Assembly (NCBI GenBank): GCA_043822705.1 | Contig: JBDRBK010000203.1 | Span: forward strand, 1 to 13,226 | Length of the DNA stretch: 13,226 nucleotides | From: Fidelibacterota bacterium | GTDB lineage: Bacteria; Fidelibacterota; Marinisomatia; Marinisomatales; TCS56 | Reading direction: 5' to 3' | Shown: positions 7,543-13,226 of the stretch, piece after piece | Layout: every line of letters begins with the position of its first letter | Numbering within the stretch: the stretch's first letter is position 1 | Notes under the pieces: model-generated | What the model was told of the DNA's origin: nothing | The model's input: only the letters and a program-made list of their open reading frames with translations | Databases searched by the model: none | Position numbers and translations under genes: made by a program

Positions 7543-8298
7543 TCAGCGTTTCTTTTTCTTTTTATCTTTGGTGTATTTATCCAGGATATCCTGGATTTCC
7601 TTGGGCTGGGCCGTATTGAGGTTCATATCCTCGATCTTCATATCGCCTAACTGCTTCTGCAGTTCCTGCAGCATTTCGCTGTCTTCGGATCCCATGAACT
7701 GCTGGATCATGTTAAGCGATTCCAGGTCCACCTCGCCGGCTGATATTTTCGACAGCGATCCACCGGAAGGGATAACGGACTTCAACTTGTCGGCGAATGA
7801 TTCCGAACCGGGCACAATCATGGCGATACTGTCATAGACTTTTGGAGCGAAGCCCTGCAGATATTTGTAGATGATCGAATCGTTCCTGGTTTCCTTGACA
7901 AAGGCGATACTGTCCGGCAGGATTAAAAACAGTGGCAGGAAAGAACTGATGATCAGGGCGCCTTTCAGTCCACCGAAAAGCAGTCCGCCGCCGCGGTCCA
8001 GCCAGCCCATCAGGGCCATTTTAAAAATCAATTTGGCGATCTTGGCCAGATAGATGAAAACCATGATCGTAATCAGCAGAATAGCGATAAAGGCCAGGAC
8101 TTTTTCGATCCGCGGATCAAGCTGGGCGAAACTGTGGATCATCACTGCGCCCTTGGCCATATACTGTAGCGCCAGTACGATACCGATGACGACCCCCAGG
8201 ATTTTGAAGACCTCCGCCACCAGTCCCTTGCGGAAACCCAGAAAGGCGAACAGGCCGATCACGGTGACGGCGATAATATCGAATATAGTCAGTTCCAT
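7543..8298 (-). CDS. cvpA: CvpA (colicin V production) family membrane protein with a long hydrophilic C-terminal extension
   Basis: DII...FLGFRKGLVAEV at the N-terminus and LMGWLDRGGGLLFGGLKG are typical of the family; AGGA upstream of the ATG. Confidence 0.85.
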   Translation of the reverse strand: MELTIFDIIAVTVIGLFAFLGFRKGLVAEVFKILGVVIGIVLALQYMAKGAVMIHSFAQLDPRIEKVLAFIAILLITIMVFIYLAKIAKLIFKMALMGWLDRGGGLLFGGLKGALIISSFLPLFLILPDSIAFVKETRNDSIIYKYLQGFAPKVYDSIAMIVPGSESFADKLKSVIPSGGSLSKISAGEVDLESLNMIQQFMGSEDSEMLQELQKQLGDMKIEDMNLNTAQPKEIQDILDKYTKDKKKKKR

Positions 8299-8378
8299 AA
8301 ATGTCCTGATTTTTGGGAAAATTACAATCGGGATCGTTGGCGGGAAATGATTATTTTAGAATGTTCGGGCGCAGAATA

Positions 8379-8936
8379 TCAGGCCAGCCCGCCCAGACCG
8401 GTGAGCTGGGAGGTCTCGATACCGAAGGAGCGGGCGGCGGCGTTCCATTTGTCCCGGTCCAGGGTGTCGAAAATGAAGTCGGGTCCCGTGGATTGGACCA
8501 GCCAGTCGCCGTTTTCGATTTCCCGTTCCAGTTGGTTTTTATCCCAACCGGCATGGCCCAGCATCAGGCGGTAGCGCCGGGGACCGCGACTATTTTTGAT
8601 ATCACGGATAATTTCCTTGCTGCTGGTGATGCAGAGCTGGTCTGAAATCGCCATCGTGCCATCGATCTGATAATCGGCCGAGTGCAGGACGATGCCCCGT
8701 TCCAGCATTACCGGTCCGCCGAAATAGACTTTCGGCACCGCCGTCAGGAAATCGTTTTCGGCGCTGGCTTCCGGGGAAAAAATTTCCTTCAGATCCGCAT
8801 CGCCCAGGGGCTTGTTGATTACCAGACCCATGGCGCCGTCGGCGGAATGCTCGCAGAGATAGACCACCGAACGGCCGAAATAGGGATCGGTCATATGGGG
8901 CATCGAGATCAGGATATTATTTTTTAGCGAACCCAT
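8379..8936 (-). CDS. yqgE: YqgE/AlgH (UPF0301, DUF179) family protein
   Basis: LISMPHMTDPYFGRSVVYLCEH, GAMGLVINKP, VYFGGPV and GHAGWDKNQLEREIENGDW. ATG 8936 gives 185 aa, typical for the family; the track's extension to 9053 is probably non-coding. Confidence 0.93.
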   Translation of the reverse strand: MGSLKNNILISMPHMTDPYFGRSVVYLCEHSADGAMGLVINKPLGDADLKEIFSPEASAENDFLTAVPKVYFGGPVMLERGIVLHSADYQIDGTMAISDQLCITSSKEIIRDIKNSRGPRRYRLMLGHAGWDKNQLEREIENGDWLVQSTGPDFIFDTLDRDKWNAAARSFGIETSQLTGLGGLA

Positions 8937-8941
8937 GTTAA

Positions 8942-8971
8942 AAATTAGCCCTTTACGGACCTCATTTTCAA
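8942..8971 (-). promoter_or_regulatory. Candidate promoter for yqgE (TTGAAA-N18-TAATTT) positioned to give a leaderless mRNA
   Basis: -35 at 8971-8966 and -10 at 8947-8942, only 5 nt before ATG 8936; no Shine-Dalgarno between the -10 and the ATG. Confidence 0.4.
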
Positions 8972-9156
8972 GGAATGATAATTGGACTGTGATCCGGCTG
9001 ACATTGATCGCCCGGCCGAATTTGTCAGGGAAAAACCGTAAATAGTGATTCAAATCTGTTTTAATGAGCGGTAAATTTCGCGATGGTTTGCCCCGGTCAA
9101 TTCAGCAATATATTTAAGCGGATCGCTGCGAACTGCTGCACGGGGAGGCAGTCGCC

Positions 9157-11988
<2,832 letters not shown>

Positions 11989-11992
11989 AATA

Positions 11993-13225
11993 TTAATCAG
12001 CGACGACCCGGTTACGGCCGCTGTTTTTTGCTTTGTACAGGCGCTGGTCAGCCAGTTCGATCAGTTCCTGGGGAGAAGATTCGATAGTGGGAATTGTCAC
12101 CGCCACCCCGGCGGAGATTGTGATGTGTCCGCTGACCTTGGAATATTCATGGATCAGGTTCAATTCCTCGATGTTCTGGCGCATGCGTTCGGCCACCTGG
12201 ATTGCGCCTGCCAGCTCGGTGTTGGGCAGAATCGCACCGAATTCCTCGCCGCCGTAGCGGGCGACCAGGTCACCGGGGCGGTTGATGGCCGCATTGATTG
12301 CTCCCGCCACCCGCTTGAGACATTCATCGCCGGCCTGGTGCCCGTAATTGTCATTGAATAATTTAAAAAAATCAATATCACAGATGATAAATGCCAGTGA
12401 TTGTTTATCGCGGCGCATCCGTTGCCATTCGCTCAGCAGATAATTATCCATGCGACGCCGGTTTGGGATCTCTGTCAGGCCGTCGATCATGGTCAAAGTC
12501 TTGAGCTTATTATTGGCCTCGGTCAGTTCCGACATGCGGTTCGCCACGATATCCTCCAGATGGTCCTTGTGCAGGCGCAGTTCTTTTTTGTGGCGGTCGA
12601 TCGTACGAAAAGAATCGGAAAACCGGTACGACAGCAGAAAAGCCTGTGAGACCATGAACAACAGGATTCCATATGATATAAAGTAACCGGTAAACAGGAT
12701 TTCCGCCGAATACAGGATATCATTCACGAATATAATGAACAAAAGTATCGATGCAGCCAGGAAAATGCGCGCCCCGACCCGCTGGTTGTTGACCGCCTTG
12801 ATGGTGAAAAACAGGCACAACAATGCGCTGATGAATGCCACTACGAAGAAAGCCGGCAGGGAAGCGGTGAAAATCCAGGGTGGGGTAACCAGAACCAGAC
12901 TGGCGAACAAGGCGCAAATACCGCTGATGATTAACGCGATCCGCCGGGGGAATTCATCGGAGAACACCGAATGCTGGAAATTGACAAACAGGGGCAGGCC
13001 GAGATAGAAGGTCAGGTACTCAATGCGGATCAATGCCCACCAGGGAAATTGCGGGAAAAAGAAGTGCAGTGGAATGTCGCCGGTGACCAGCGCCCGCAGC
13101 CCGATCGTCAGACTGAACAGACCGAAGTAAAACGGCGATTTGGTGTACTCCCGCAACGAGTACAACCCCATGTGATACAATCCCAACACCACCAGACTGC
13201 CGATGATAAACAGGCTGATGGCGAT
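11993..13225 (-). CDS. Membrane-bound diguanylate cyclase (7TM-DISM-like TM region, coiled coil, GGDEF domain); 5' end lies beyond the window
   Basis: DGLTEIPNRR, DIDFFKLFNDNYGHQAGD, RPGDLVARYGGEEF (RxxD I-site plus intact GGEEF) and ADQRLYKAKNSGRNR. TM region LGLYH...SPFYFGLFS...RIEYLT resembles 7TMR-DISM_7TM. Frame stays open to the window end (IAISLFIIGSLVVLGLYH). Confidence 0.93.
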   Translation of the reverse strand: MAISLFIIGSLVVLGLYHMGLYSLREYTKSPFYFGLFSLTIGLRALVTGDIPLHFFFPQFPWWALIRIEYLTFYLGLPLFVNFQHSVFSDEFPRRIALIISGICALFASLVLVTPPWIFTASLPAFFVVAFISALLCLFFTIKAVNNQRVGARIFLAASILLFIIFVNDILYSAEILFTGYFISYGILLFMVSQAFLLSYRFSDSFRTIDRHKKELRLHKDHLEDIVANRMSELTEANNKLKTLTMIDGLTEIPNRRRMDNYLLSEWQRMRRDKQSLAFIICDIDFFKLFNDNYGHQAGDECLKRVAGAINAAINRPGDLVARYGGEEFGAILPNTELAGAIQVAERMRQNIEELNLIHEYSKVSGHITISAGVAVTIPTIESSPQELIELADQRLYKAKNSGRNRVVAD

Positions 13226-13226
13226 A

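Noticed and set aside
8937..9156. Search for a LexA/SOS box upstream of uvrA; CTGACA-N19-TGTCAG inverted repeat at 8998-9028
   Set aside because: No CTGT-N8-ACAG or GAAC-N4-GTTC box seen; the 6-bp repeat is weak and matches nothing I recognise.

Overview
Bacterial DNA with ten intact or edge-truncated, recognisable genes plus an anomalous left end. From about 600 to the end it reads as ordinary chromosome: long acyl-CoA dehydrogenase (-), PAP2 phosphatase (+), TPR lipoprotein (-), MFS and EamA/DMT transporters (-), APC amino-acid permease (+), CvpA-family protein with a C-terminal extension (-), YqgE/AlgH (-), uvrA (+), and a membrane-anchored GGDEF diguanylate cyclase (-) running off the right edge. 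The most notable feature is at about 433-444. A + strand gene with secretin N-domain (NolW/GspD-like) repeats meets, on the opposite strand, what looks like the first ~30 codons of a FabA-like gene that is absent from the ORF track. Both lose recognisable sequence at a perfect 12-bp palindrome. This suggests a chimeric or recombination junction and a truncated acyl-CoA dehydrogenase-fabA locus. I saw no CRISPR array, RNA gene, transposase or clear novel defence system. All homology calls come from motifs recognised by eye, not database searches.
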